Origin: Pocillopora damicornis
Taxonomy: Eukaryota
Assembly (NCBI RefSeq): GCF_003704095.1
Contig: NW_020847208.1
Span: forward strand, 310,001-374,000
DNA: 64,000 nt
Reading direction: 5' to 3'
Shown: piece after piece, positions 37,923-52,187 of the stretch
Layout: every line of letters starts with the position of its first letter
Numbering within the stretch: the stretch's first letter is position 1
Translations under genes and position numbers: made by a program
The notes under the pieces: generated by a model
Database searches by the model: none
Told to the model about the DNA's origin: nothing
Seen by the model: only the letters and a program-made list of their open reading frames with translations

Positions 37923-40036
37923 TCAATCAAGTATGGGTTCTACTCCACTTCCGCCTTCTGTTGAATAAAAATAACAAAATTTTAATTTTTTTTATTGTTT
38001 GATTCTTTCACCTCTGTAGGATTGTCTCAGTCTGTAAATAAGTCGCACACATGCACACTGGTAATGTAATCTAAATAAACAAAGAAAGCATTGGCTAACT
38101 AGAATTAACTACGAGAAGCCTCTTGGTATTCAGCCTGAGCGTTCTCTATTGAAATAGGATCGAAGACGGCAGAGGTGACTCAAGTCAAATGTAGTAAGAA
38201 TTTCTTCAAAAAAATTATCTTGGAAATGTTGGGAACGGAAGGATAGATCATAAATGCATAGCCTGAAACGCACGTTTTAGGCTATCGACGCGCTCGCAGC
38301 AAAGATAATCCGTAATTTAGCGCAGAGCGCAAAGCTTGTACACCGAGGCTATTGTCATTACCTGTAGGTATAATACGGTAAATGTAGTTGGCGTGACCTC
38401 CACCGACGCACTCTCCTTTATCTCCGTCATTACATTTTAAGAAGCGACCATCCTTACAGTCCTTTGACTTGCCGTAGATATCAAACCTTGCAGCAGCCTT
38501 GAGACCCGTCCAGCATTCAGCATAGAACTGAAGACCGAAATGACTGTAACCTCTGTCTTCCGTTCCTTTGGCACATTTGCAAGCCAGCCTAAAGTTGAAA
38601 AAAATATCTAATCACGAAACGAGATCATCTTTCATAATTAAACTTGCTGATTTGGCTTAAAGAGGAGCTTTCTGAGAAGATTTTAAAAGTCCGCTGACGG
38701 TCTGCTGAGCATTACTCTTGATNNNNNNNNNNNNNNNNNNNNNGGGGGGGGGGTAAGTTTGCTTGTCCAAGCATTAAGTTCTTAAATCAGTATTTCGTTG
38801 AGTGAGTTAGTTGATTGTGGAACGTGGTGACTGTAAACCGATACGACTGCACCTGAAAGTTAATGATTTGTAAATTAAAAAAACGAAAAGTAATAAAAAC
38901 CTTCCAAAGGTAAACTGATACCTAAAATTGCTATTTCAGCCATTTTATTCGGGAATCTTTATAAGAGAATGGATCGTCGTTGCGTAAGTCTGTATGAAAA
39001 CCTATTAAAATCGTGTTGTGTTTTTTCGAAAAACTTACTGTTTTAAATAATCTCCCCATTTACCAAGATCCCAACTGATACTGTATCTTTGGTGGAAGAT
39101 TAATTCAGGAAGAGCCCGTATGTCAACTTTGTCTTTAAAGCATCCAACTTTCTCAAATTTCACTTCACAGCCAGGTTTCAGCCCTCCCACAGGAACATCT
39201 TGGTCTGAATCTAAGACAAATATACGATAACTCTTCATGACAAATCGATCTACTCATAGATTTGGCAGATCGAGAGGGAAGTGATTGTCTAAAAAAACTC
39301 CACTTTGAACTACGTCGCACTTCGCGAGACTGAAGGGACTGGGAATATTTTTTCGCACTTGGTCAAATGGAATTCGTCTTACCTTTTAAGTAACAAAAGT
39401 TGTTCCTGTTTTTATTTTTGTCGGTTTTGCTGTTTTTATCGTAGCTGCTTCTACATGTGTATTCTTGGTCGACATTTCAGTCGACCCATCTGAGATGGCC
39501 ATTCCATACTCTGTCGATAGCGAACTGATGATAGACCAATGGTCGGGCGATTGTCGGCCGACATGTCGATCGAGATATCGGTCAAGTAACGGAAGAGAAT
39601 CGATCTACCATCGGGCGACTATCTCAGTATCGACTATCCACTAACGGAAGCAAAAACTGAATAAAACTAGCTAATATATACTGATCGTGTCAATGTTTGT
39701 TTCGTAAGGAAGTGTAAAACAGGCTTAAAATTTCAAACAAGAAGCCGATCGTGGCAGGTTCAATCTGTTTAGCGTCACTGCTATAATCACTTCATGCTAA
39801 GTGTTAAAAGGTTAAATGATGAAATCCTCGACACTAAAGTACGCTTTACAACTGCCTTGTTGCTTAAATCATATCATCGTTAAGACTGTAAAGTCATCGT
39901 TAGGTCTCTTTCCCTTTACCGCCCGCAGTTAACGAACATCAGACAGCAAAGCATTTTCATTACCTTCCATGATAAATCCATGTACACAAATCAATGGTAA
40001 TAAAATCAGATAGGGACTTGTTAAAGTCAGCTTCAT
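37923..40036 (-). CDS. WSC-like Cys-rich small secreted protein, paralog B
   Basis: Exons 40036-39964 (signal MKLTLTSPYLILLPLICVHG), 39210-39039 (CEVKFEKVGCFKD), 38588-38362 (LACKCA..FGLQFYAECWTG..CVGGGHANYIY) and 37957-37923 (EGGSGVEPILD*). Confidence 0.88.
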
Positions 40037-41868
40037 ACTAGGTGATCTGAAAGGAAGAAAATCCCGTGAAAACAATTTAAAATCGATATGCAAGAACACT
40101 TCACTCGGAACACTAGCAGGGAACAAATTACTCCGGAACTTGGAACAGCTATGGCGAGATACCTCAGGCCTTTAAATAGCAGTTTAAATACAGTGAATAG
40201 AAGGTTTCCCCTATGTGGCGTTGCACTACTTTTCTTGTAGAAAAGACTCAGTTCAGTGTGAACAAGAACCAGAAGTGCGCCAATAAATTTAAGATTTTGA
40301 CTTTTTCTTTTCCAAAACTTTTTAAATGTGAATTCATTTTTCTTGCCCATTTGCTGCGTTCCCGAGCTTGAATCAAATCGCTAACAATTAACATCTATTC
40401 AATATGCTTTCCCTGGATGTGCTTGGGTGTTATTATGAGCAATAAATTTTAAAGCCAGATTCTGCTCTCAAAAAGGATCGAATATTTTTTTGATGTTAGT
40501 TCTGAGGTAGGCGCATGTCTTAATACAACTTAAATGTTAATTTTGAATAACTTCCCTCACTCATGGCGAAAGGCCAAGTATATACAAAGACCCGTGAAAT
40601 TTTCGTCTTTTTTCATTTGGGAAAATTTTGTGCTCTGTCTCTGAAACACGAATAGCAAGGTAAAGACAAAAACACCTTTGTTTAATTATGAGGTGAAAAT
40701 AAAAAATTAAAAAAAAAACGTTTTCAATTTGAAGACATTATCAGATTCAATCAGATATCAAAATAACATAAAATACCTTGTTCGCGGATGGAAGATATTT
40801 TAAATAGATGGGAACAGGATTACTTCCTCAAAAAGTGTAGCGAGTAACATTACATATCACGAAAGCTGTCAGGATAAAGATGCAAATTAGAAAAAAACAA
40901 ACTGACGCTCACGTTTTAAATTTCCGGTTGTGTTAGCTTAAAAAAACACAGTTTGTTCTTTTCTCAACCAGCTCAATCACTAGTAAATTTAGACGTGTTT
41001 TTAAGTTAATCAAATTTGAGTTGTATTCAAATCAGTGGACTACATTTGTTGTGGTGTTAAAATTGTCATGATGAGGGAAAGAAATACTCTTCTTCCCCAA
41101 GCATTTATTACTGCCTCTCTGCAAATTTCACCCCACCGATAATTAATTTTCGTCGATTTGTATTCTTCGATAGCACAATTTATTTCATGAGGAAATACCC
41201 CTCTTTAAATTTGACACAATGATTGACAATTCAAAAAAGGCATATCACGTTGCTTTTTCAAAATTTCGGGTATATCCTTTACGTGTGAGTGAAACAGTTG
41301 TGCAAATTTTGCAAATGAGTGATGATTCAACGGAATATAGCGTGGCCCCGTTTAAAAGCATTTCGCTATTGTCATGATAGCAAAGGAAATATTTTAGTCT
41401 TAGACTCAGGAAGGCAGAAGAGCATTTTTAAAGTAGGAGGTGGGTTGGTGGTCATTGTATACCAAACAAAGCGCATATCTCTTTTAAAAAATTTCCCCCA
41501 ATTCTTTTATAAGTATAAACCCTTTTATAAATATAAACCCTTATTCAACCTTGAAAGGTTTTCCAGAGTGTTATAAGTCGATCTTCTACGAAGCATAAGT
41601 CATGAGCTCTTGTTCATTTCGTCGAACTTGATCATGGTGAGGCGATTTGTAAAAAGACCACGTAAAAGAAAAAATTTGCGAGGGCAATTCTATTCTGCGC
41701 TGGTGATGGTTACATGACTGAAAATCCCCAGTTCGTGGTTTCGGTGTTGGTGAAATATTTTATGTCATGTATGAAGAGTAGTAGGCCGTTTGTTGAATTT
41801 GCATTTTATTTGAGACATATTTCAACTGAAGCGACCGTGTAATGAGTCAAAAGTGGATTAGTTCTTCT

Positions 41869-44390
41869 TCATGCTTTAGGAGATCCACCTCCGCTTCCTC
41901 CTAAAAAGAAAACAAAAACAAAAACAAAAAAAAGAACAAGAAAATTGTTTGTAAAAAATCCATTCATTTAGTTGCCAGGTACTTGTAAGCAAAGCTATAT
42001 CAAAATATTGATTAACATTCTCGTCACAATTGTTACATGTTGAAGAATTCCCATTTTCTTTTCCTTTTTGAGACGTTTGCCGACCATGCTTCATTGCCGT
42101 ACTCGTTTCGCGCGCTAGAATTGCCATGTGGTATGCGATCATTTTTCTCAAAACAGCGCTAAAAGATTCTCCAAATAGCTAAAGAGGGTTGTGTCATAAA
42201 ATGAGCATGCTGAATCATTACTTTGACCCGCGGTTTTGTGATCCATTTGTGGTAATTTTCCCCACATTTTTGCGTCATCGTTCTTTCCCTGAGGATAAAT
42301 ATCTCTCAATTGTTTTTCCTTTGGTTCTACTTTAGTTATATCTCTTTGATTGGACGATAGTTTTGCACGGCGTGTCGTAATACGACGGGTCCATGTTTAA
42401 AAGTGCTTAGAAAGGGGCAGGGCTGTTGAAAGGGATTTTTTAGCATTTGTCTATTTTTAACAACGAATATCCTGTCCGCTCTCATGCATAAGAACATAAC
42501 GGTTATCTTTGTTTTTATCTTTTTTTTTACCTTCCATAATGCGGTACACGTAATTAGTCATAGCTTCTCCGACGCATTCATTGGGGTCGTTGTTTTGGCA
42601 TTTCTCGTATTGAAAACTAATACACTTTTTGGATTCGCTATAGCTATCAGACCCAAGAGGAGGCCTGTTTGAACCACTCCAACATTCACCGTAAAACTGA
42701 AGACCAAACACGTTGTATCCCTCGCCGCTTGATGCTTCCGCACAGCGGCAAGCAAGCCTAAAAGTAAATATTCAAAGCGAATCAAAAAGCATCAGATGTA
42801 CTTTTCCGCATTTTGCTAAACGGAACACTGCACTCTATCTAAAATCTTCTTAAAAGCTTTTTCCAGTTTGTTATCGTTAGACCAAAACCAGAGAAATTAC
42901 ACAATTCATTAGGAACATGGTAATACCACTAAAAAGTTAAAAAGTTATCAGTCAAAGCAAAAATTCCCAAAATGAAAACCCATCACCAAAAATAAAACAG
43001 GTTGCCAAGAGGCTTTAGCCTATACAACTCACCAGCAAAGTTTGATATCTAATAGTCTTGACTCATACTCCTTATTTATGGCCACGGGAAAAAACCTTTC
43101 TCGTGTTTAAGATTTAGATGTTGAGCATAATGAAATCGTGAGTGAGTACCCTCTGTTAAAACCCTTTCCAACCTAGTTCCCAAGGCTCTACCCATGAACA
43201 AAAGTGCAAGGAGTTAGTAACGAGATTGGCCCCTTTCCTCTTGAATTACCCATAAAACAATCCTGAAATCAGGGGCCAGGTATTTTCCCGCTCCTCTCCT
43301 CTTACCTCCCCGTTGAATGTTAATAGCACTGGAGAGGCTTTAAGCTTATTTCGGTTTTCCAAGCTAAGCTCGCTAACCATGTTACATCCAGTTTTTCCTT
43401 AGATTTTTCTAACGGTTTAAGACACCCATTTATAGTTTGCAATCCGTTTCTGTAGAAAGCGATGAACTATGGGAGTAACGTTCATTACCCAAGAACACGA
43501 TAAAATGACCAGGCATGCGCTTCAAGCAGGACCTTTCAATCCGGACTCCAGCTCCTTCGCGTCTAATTTCCCATTCGCTCAACAAAGTTTATTGTATAGT
43601 ATTATATCTTATGTATGCGTGTCATTCAATAGTTTTACCTCTTTAAATATTTCTCCCATTCTCCAGGTTGCCAGTTTATTTTGTCTCGATCACTGAGGAT
43701 CAGTTTTGGAAGCGCCCTGTTCTTAGGATTGTCAGAAAAGCATCCAACTTTTTCATATTTTACGTCGCATTCTTCTACTGCTGCATCTGAAAGATTCTCT
43801 GAAACGAAAAAACGTAAAAATCGATTGAGGTAGAAAGAACGTCCAAACACGGGATGAAAACTTATTAATCTTGAAATTGCTAAGAGAAGTGATTAATTGA
43901 TATTTCAGCTTACCGTCTTCCAGAAATGCACGGTACATCCGTTTTATTTCCTTGTCGGTGCCCAAGCCTAAAATAAAACGTGAAATCTTTGATCATGCGT
44001 ATTGTTAGACGATACAAGCAAATCAGAGATCCTTAAGGAGAGATCCTGAACTTGAATTTACTAGTAATGCACTCTTTGTACAACCTCAGGCAACAGGCGT
44101 GCAGAAATTTTGGTATGCATGTTTGAAAAAATGTAAATATACGCAGAGGCTGGCGGTAGAATATATAGGAAACTCTTTCTGTACTTTAAGTAGCGTTCGG
44201 ATATAGCTTAGTCGGAATGCAAATTGATCGTCCCGATTGTTTCACGTTTAGAAACGATTAGAACAATAGATAATAATTGGAAATCAGCCCTAAAGATTGT
44301 GCAAATAAAACAATACAATAATGGCTGTTAGTTACCCGTGACCGATGATTCCACAGTCAAAAGAACCAAAAAAATCTTTGTTATCAGCAT
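41869..44390 (-). CDS. WSC-like Cys-rich small secreted protein, paralog C
   Basis: Exons 44390-44336 (signal MLITKIFLVLLTVESSVTG), 43967-43914 (LGTDKEIKRMYRAFLED), 43786-43639 (CDVKYEKVGCFSD), 42757-42531 (LACRCA..FGLQFYGECWSG..CVGEAMTNYVY) and 41900-41869 (GGSGGGSPKA*). 5'UTR donor near 44879. Confidence 0.86.
43270..43560 (-). mobile_element. Degraded tRNA-derived SINE
   Basis: The reverse complement reads 'gctggagtccggattgaaaggtcc...tcgtgttcttgggtaa...ataaatgggtgtc', resembling the head and core of the 2640-2920 SINE. Confidence 0.5.
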
Positions 44391-45769
44391 GGATAAACTA
44401 GGAAGAACAAAAATGATGGCTGTTGATTTTTCATTCGCAACACTAAATTTCTACAACAATGTAAAACCAAGCAGAAAGAAAATGCATGTCAAAACAGCGG
44501 TTCAATTATTGCCTAACACTTTTTTACACGTGCACAAGAGCCTTTATTTTTAGTTTAATCTTCAATTTCCTAGTTTAGACAACTCAAAATTATTTGTCAG
44601 TGTACTTGAGGTACTTGAGACTACACCAATCCTCTTAGCAGACACCAAATCAAGAATAAGTCAGTACGTAAAGAAAAATGACTTTCGTTAACATAAATGA
44701 TCGAGCTTGATACACTTCTCCTTCGTTAAGAAACTAACAGAAAAATGTCTGTAAGGATGTGGTGTCTTTCAATTTTTAAAAGACAAATAGAATCCGGAGA
44801 TTTTATGAGCACAATTCAAGATGTCCTTCTTGAAATGCCGGTACAATTTTACTATAAGCTTCAAAAATAAAACACTTACCTTTGATTTTCAAATTGGAAT
44901 GGGATGGCTTTTCAATGCACCTAAGATCGGCTGGTTATAGACGTAAACACGAAAGACAAATTTCAACGTATGCAAGGAGATTTCGCTTTTATATCTATCT
45001 CACCCCCTTTGTCAAGATCAGCTGTGTTGTCTCTTTCAGTAAACAATTGATTTTTCTCAGATCATAAAAACACAAAAACGAACCCCTTAAATTAAAAAAA
45101 AATTCTCTCTTTATAATTTTGATATTTTTCCTCATTTGATACAACCTTAGAGGCCTCTTCAGATTAAGGTGATTTCAAACCGAGGATGAAAAGAATTTTG
45201 AAGCGAATGAAATCGACTTTAGCTATAGATATCAAATTTTTTTTAAGTAGAAAATCAAAGAGTTTGTTGCTGGGGTAACAACAGTTGATAGCTAGAAAAG
45301 GTCTCCTTGTCTAGTTTTCTCGTAAAAAAAGAGAATATGTGGCCTAAGGTTCTGCTTTTCTTATCATATTTTACGTATAAAAGGATAATGAGGTATCGAA
45401 CGAGCTATATGGCAAGCACTGCCTTTTTTACTGTCTGCAGTTGTACAAATAACCAACCATATTTCGTGCTAATGAGCAATAGAAAAACGGGCGTCAATAA
45501 TTGACGAAGCTAACTCAAACACTAACCAATTTTAATAATTGTTCAGCATGATTTTACGGTGTAAAAGGACGTTGAATCGTTGCTATTATGAGCCATGGGA
45601 ATTGAAACAGAGCTGAATGGAAGGTTTTTTAGAGCTACACGATAATTCTTAATGGTGCCTGCTACTGTCTTATAAGCAAAACTATGCAATTATACAATAA
45701 TTTCCTTTTTTATACAAGAATATTTACGATTAGTTTTCGACGTTTTACTATTAGTTTTCTTCTTGTGAT

Positions 45770-46500
45770 CAATTGGCGTGTCGAAAAAATAAATAGTGAA
45801 CATGACTAGCGTTGTTTTTGTCTTTGTTGAACTACTGGTACATTGGAAACTTTCATGGTCGAATTACCAGCTGAAGAGCGAAGAGACTTTCTGCATTTTC
45901 AACAAGCTCTGGTAAGACGATATGCTGCTATGGAGCCCACCTCAGAGTTCCACTGGATTATTGTCGAATTATGTCCAGAGATTATAATCTCTTGATTATA
46001 TCAAGGACATGTACGAGCTATTTAGTGGGTTAGACATGCTGAGGTATTTTATCGAGGGATCACCAAGTCCTGGGGCCAGATTGAACGATTGATCGAAGCA
46101 CTCAACCGCAGCCAGTAGGTATTAGCCCAAGCACCACGTATGACAATTTATACATTCCCTAACACCTCTCAGCCACAGGTTCTACATGCTCAAATTAAAG
46201 CCTTCACATGACTGAACACCTAAAACTACAACGTCAAACAAGGTTTCCGCGAATTCAGAACCACAAAGAAACTATGAACAGAAAGTAAATGAGCTTACGC
46301 TGCTTATGCGGCATAAGCAGGGACAATTACAGGACCAAAAAGTTCAGTTGAAGGACCAAAAGATCATTTAAAAGCTCAAAACGATCAATTAATGGACCAA
46401 AGAGATCATTTATAGGACCAAATTTAAACTTAGATATGCAGGTGAACGCACGGATTAATGGTCTAGCGCAACGTGGGCATGGAACACGGAGCAACCGAGA
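45770..46500 (+). mobile_element. Possible decayed LTR-retrotransposon gag relic
   Basis: PBS-like 'ttggcgtgtcg' at ~45772, then broken frames (..FMVELPAEERRDF../..QQALVRRYAA..) and a 21-nt (heptad) periodic 'ggaccaaa' repeat at ~46330-46435. Confidence 0.3.
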
Positions 46501-47052
46501 TAGGTCTAGAGAATTAACAGACACGTTAACACGCGATACGAAATCCAAGCGGTAATTGTCCCGATGTAAAATCTAGCAAGTAAACAATTCATGACATTTT
46601 TAATTGCAAACGATGTATTAAGAAGAATAGCTTGGAAAGGTTGCTGTTTTTCGACACCGTTCGCGATATTTATTTTCAAGAGCGTCCACACCCCTCCTTC
46701 TAGCTTGGATCCCAAACAGCTTATCAAGGGAACGAAAATTGAACTGTTCACATTCTGGGTTGATCGGCATTATCTGAAATGATATTCCTCGTTATTAATA
46801 GAATAAGTTAACTCTTGGTTAAAAGCAACGAACATAACGCGTACGAGTATCATTGTTACATTTTTTCCCTCCTGTTTATTTAAACATCCTTATACAGCAA
46901 AGAGATGATTGAATGATCTTAAAAGTCATTCGTCAACACCAGTGTAAATGAAAAAAAAGAACATTCCAGAATGCAAATAGCTCGATGCCTGGCTAAGAAC
47001 AAAAGGAGGATAACAATGTAATTAAGAGGGTTTATCTACCATCAGGATTTGG

Positions 47053-49579
47053 CTAATTGTAAGTATTCAAGTCTTTGAGGTCCACTTGGTCGTATGCGTT
47101 GCCGTAATCAATCTCGCCATTACCACTGCCATCTGTAAAGTAGTGTGAGAAAAAAAAATAATCCTTATACAACGCAAAAATAAACGTACATGATGGGTAG
47201 TGTAATTCAAAGGGTTTATTTTACTTGCTTGAGTTCTTTGTTTGTTTATCTGTTTAGATATTAATTTGTATATTTGCTCTGTATATTTTTCGCATATTTG
47301 ACAGGGAGGCAAGAAAATGCAGAAGCTCAGTTCATTTATGAGAGATCTGGAAGAGGTCTCAAGACAAGCTTACTCATGGATATAACATCATTTGTAATTT
47401 AATCGCCCTGTATCTTGAATCCTATATAGTCTGGTTATTTGAACAAAGTTGAGCCGTTGTTTAACAAAACCGCGTCCTGAGCAGTCCTCAATTTAGCTAA
47501 ACCTTTTATCTGAACATTTATTTTTGTGAACAGCGTCAAGGGGGCCGAGAGCTGTGAGTGGAAGGACATTCATTCATTTAAATCAACCCACTTACAGAGA
47601 ATGCCTGAAGCCCACTGACTGGGTAAAACCCTGGTTTTGGTTAGACCTCTTGTAAGTAACCGGCCCAGTTGGGTTTCGCTACACTTAGAATTCTGAAACA
47701 GTCAAGCTCTCTCTTTAGTATAACAATAAAACAGCTCTATCCCGGCTGAAAAACAGAAAGGAAAATGTACATAAAACCTTAGGTAGAATACGTATAGTAC
47801 ACTTAAGAGTCTTGCATACCATCCATACTGATTTTGTATATGTAATTCACTTTTTGGTTTTTTCCTACGCACTGCCCATAAGCATTGTCATCACACGGCT
47901 GGTGGTATTGATTAGAGCAACTGCTCGAGTCTCCATGCGTGCTGTAACTTGTAGAGGCGTGTGGATCACTGAAGCATCGTCCGTAGTCTTGGAGACCAAA
48001 GTAAGTAAAACCATTCTGGGCACTGCTTTTGGCGCAGCGGCATGCCAGACTGTAAGAGGTAGCAATATACACTCATTAGTTTTTTGTCGTTTTGGGAGCT
48101 ACAACTTCATGAAGCGGAGAGATTATGAAAGAATGTAAAGAACGATCTCGTGGGATGTCTTCACAAACTACTCAAAAAGCGATCCAGCAAAAAAGCATTA
48201 AACCTTCCTGTGTTCTGAGCCAATCTATTTTAAAACGTTTATTTATTGATATATCTTAAGACCTCTGGAGAAAATTTGAAAGACTTCTTATTTTAACATG
48301 ACACACGAATTTTAAGTTGAAAAAAATGCCTCGCCAAAACATAAAATATAAAAAGTATGTGTGTAAAGATGTACAAAAAAAAAGAAGTGAAAGTAGTAAA
48401 GCTCTGAAAACCCTGTATTTAACTATTTGGTCTCTCTCTGAAGATCGCGACCATATTTTCAATTTATGGCAAACAGGATGAAATTGTGGAAATATTTTAC
48501 TTTACATACTGTTCACCTTTTGAGGTATGTACTGTAGTCGCCCCAGTTCACCTCTTGTCCACTGTAATTTGGGTCGCTTGGTATCCTGTCTTGGAAAAGT
48601 TCCTGTGAAAGCGCTCTGTCGCTGGTGTCTTCTTTGAAGCATCCGACTTTCACATAGTTAACCTTGCAGATACTGTGTAATTTGATAGGATTCTCTGGAT
48701 AACCAAGAAGAAGAAAATTTTAATACTGAGAGTTATCATTTTTCTCTCAGTTTGCTTAGCTAGCCTATGGAAGAATATGAGACTTAAATCTTAAAGTATA
48801 GGAGGTAGAGAGTAAGGAGTTTCTCTAATATAAATTGGCAACCAGGGCCTGGAGTTTGGAGGACTGAGTACATTTAGGGTTTCTTTCTTCCTTTACCTTT
48901 TGGATGAAATTTTGGCCCCGTAAGGAAGGAGTGAGAGAAAAGTTTAAAAGAGATTTAATCAAAATCCATGTCTGATACTTAAGTAAGGTGGTTGGACATG
49001 TAATGTAAGTTAGCCCAAGTAAAACGAGTGAAAATTGATAACAAACAAACAAACAAACAGGTTAAATTTAATTTACCACGGAACACTACTTCATGAAAAC
49101 AGCTAGTAAGGTTGTGGGAAAAAAGACAAAAGTGCACGTGGCATAATGAAAAAATATTCTAGCTAAGGAATAGGCTGTCCATCATTTTTCTATGGGTCTA
49201 ACAGCGTAATAATCCTCTAAGAATTCTGGAATCATACCCTCATATCGTTTGTAAATCTATAGCCGACACAGATTTAACGCGAATTATCAATCATGTCTTT
49301 GAGCTGAGACGAAATTAGGTTTCGAATTTTTGTCTTATTTAACTTACCAGCTTCTTCTAAATCCTCAAAAAGAGTATTCACTTTTTTTCGTTCATCTTTG
49401 GTTTCTAAAATAGCAGAGTAAGGTGAATTAGAGCATTTCAACGTTCAGCACTGCTAATGCGTAATGGAACTTGAAAGATTTGTTACTTTCATCTCACCTC
49501 TTTTTGAATTACGTTGAAGCCGTGCGTGTGACGCAACAATGATGGAGAGCAACAGTAAAGAAGAGGCTATTACCTGCAT
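47053..49579 (-). CDS. WSC-like Cys-rich small secreted protein, paralog D
   Basis: Exons 49579-49498 (MQVIASSLLLLSIIVASHARLQRNSKR), 49404-49348 (ETKDERKKVNTLFEDLEEA), 48694-48517 (ICKVNYVKVGCFKED), 48049-47820 (LACRCA..FGLQDYGRCFSD..CVGKNQKVNYIY) and 47132-47053 (DGSGNGEIDYGNAYDQVDLKDLNTYN*). Confidence 0.88.
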
Positions 49580-49867
49580 ATTTTGAACTGTTAAAGTACT
49601 TCATCATTAGAACAACAACCGTTTGTAAAGTATATTTGGACACCATGTTAGTCCTAATAAACAATAAACGCCAAAAATCTAGACAGTAGGCGTAAAAATT
49701 GACGGGGGAGTTTTAAGGGCGTCCCCCCCCCCTTCCGTCTTTGTTACGAAAAACCAGTAATTGATGATTGAAAAGGCCTGATATTTCCTTGAAAACACGG
49801 GAGCGAAGGTTTCTTCATCAAGAATCCACGTCCTTTACTTAATATCTAGAGAATGAATAAAGAGGGT

Positions 49868-50124
49868 AAGTTTCTAAAGAAACTGTGGTGCAGCGTCGGT
49901 GGGAGAGTGTTACAGGGTAATTTAGTATCATCAACTGAGTTGTTAAAGCAAATTGGTCACCGTAAAAGAGTTTCAAAGTTGACGTTTCAAGCGTTAGCCC
50001 TTCGTCTGAGCGATTGACAAAGGGCTGAGCTCTGATGAAGGGCTAGCGCTCGAAACGTCAGCTTTTAAACTCTTTATGGCTCCCAATTTACGTTACCAAC
50101 TCAGTTGTTAGCACTAAATTACCC
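49868..50124. mobile_element. Penelope-like-element-derived inverted repeat
   Basis: Arms 'gggtaatttagtatcatcaactgagttg...' and '...caactcagttgttagcactaaattaccc' around head-to-head hammerhead motifs. Confidence 0.75.
50027..50064 (+). ncRNA. Minimal type I hammerhead ribozyme motif
   Basis: AGCT-CTGATGA-A-GGGC-tagc-GCTC-GAAA-CG-TC-AGCT. Stem I is AGCT/AGCT, stem II GGGC/GCUC, stem III the palindrome ACGT. Predicted cleavage after GUC (C50059). Confidence 0.75.
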
Positions 50125-52187
50125 TAAGTATCGAGATAGTTTTTTAACATGTAATTTTGTTTATACGAAGGCCTTACTTTCACAGAAAATACCTTTAAAA
50201 TTCCTGAACTGTCAAAGATGACTGTTGTTGACAAATTAAAACAAAAAGTGTCATATAAAGCACACATCTTTGTGTATCTAGGTTTGAATATTTAAATTTT
50301 AAATGGCTGCAGATATGTGGTCGCTTTCTTGTGCCATTGCATTCCTTGCGTAATAATTCAAGATCGGTCTATAATATGCAGTCGGATATCTCACAAAAAC
50401 ATCCAATACATTTAGGCACAGCACTGAGCCATTTTAAAGTGGACAAGTTTTTGATGTACGATATTGCATGTCTCTCCAAATTGAGTGCGATCTTGTCGAA
50501 GTCATATTCTAGACGCGTTAAATACTTCTTCCACTTCATATAATACTAAACATCTCTGTTCTCTCGAATCATCTATCATGAGCAAATTTCTTATTCCCTG
50601 CATTCAACGCTGGATAATGAAGTTTGACTGGTAAGAAAACTACCGTGAAGGTTTCGCCGAGATTATTCGGGAATGTTTGAGACAGACCATATTGTTATTG
50701 TTGGCAACGCAAAAAACCTCTGACAAAATGATATTATAAAAATAAATCTTATATCCGTTGAATGGCAAAGTGAGTTTTTTTTCCTCAAGGATCTAAGAGC
50801 AATGAGGTTCGAAAATTTTTCTGTAAATTCCAAATAAGACAAAGATGCTGTTAACGAAGAGGCAGAACACCCTTTTAGGGAACAAGAGAAATTTAGCTGA
50901 GTGCGGATAAGATTCTAACCTTGAGTAAAAAGTATGAAAAAGCATTTTAAAGCAAAATATTCTTTCTTGACTATAGTATGTTCTCATTCTAAAGAAGGAA
51001 AAACTACTCACTCTCTCTCTCCTTTCAGACCTCTTTTACTGCAAAACCTTTGACCTTCCCGATGCAGGAATGCAGTCTTTATTATAAAGTTAATGCCCAT
51101 CTTTTAAGAAATTTGATTTGCGCATTAAGTATGATTGACGAAGACGTCATATATTTTGTCACCACAAGACAAACATGACCGGGAATCCATAAACCCGTCA
51201 AGATGAACCATATTATTTGGTACAATTATTGCCGTGCTAAGTGCATTTGGCATTAAAAGTGTATGTTCCCATTTTTCCCTGATCATGAGAAGGTTGGAAA
51301 ATTAAAAGTATTATACGGCACTTTGGTTTTTTCGTCTTACACACTCTTTTCGGTATGTCCCTGAGTGAATCGTGGGAGTAACTGATCCTCGATCCCACCT
51401 TAAAAATTCCTCGTTCAATTTGTTTTCGATCATAGTTCAATTACTAGCATGACTCGGAGGCTTTGAGCCGGGAAAAACGGACGTGGGATTGGGGCACAGG
51501 GCGTTATGTTTTGGATGCGAAATGAATGAGTAAGGGATGTTTTCATTTACGATAAAACTTGCTGTAAAAAATCGCCAACCGACCCCAATACACAGCAAAC
51601 AAATTCATTTACGATCAAATGAAAGGAACTGCGGTGCTAATCCAAAAACATCATTTTTTCCTTGCATTTCTAGAAGTAACCCACCACTTTCAGCAATCGG
51701 TTGCCAGATGAATTGAGTTTTATTATATTCGGCTTCCGACTTGAGGGTAAACTTCCGATTTCTAGACGGCGACCGTCAACTTCAGTTTGAGACCTCTGAC
51801 ATCACCTTAATCCAACGTTCATCTTCAAATGCGTTATTTCCAATCAAATAATTCTATCTACATGCTGTACCTTAGTTACAAAATGTCTGAGACGGCTGCA
51901 AGATCGTAAACGATGACGATAATGATGATTACTATTGGGCAATGCCGAGTTGCATTAATTTTCTGTTCAGTATTTGAATCGAATCGAGATGCATAACAAG
52001 TTCAATCCTCAATTTAGCTGAACCTTCATCTGAACATTTGTTTTTGTGAACAGTATCAAGGGGGCCGAGAGCTGTGAGTGGAAGGACATTTATTTATTTC
52101 AATCAACCCTCTTACAGAGAATGACTGAGGCCCACTGACTGGGTGAAACCGTACTTGAAAACCTTAGACATAACACTTATAGCACAC

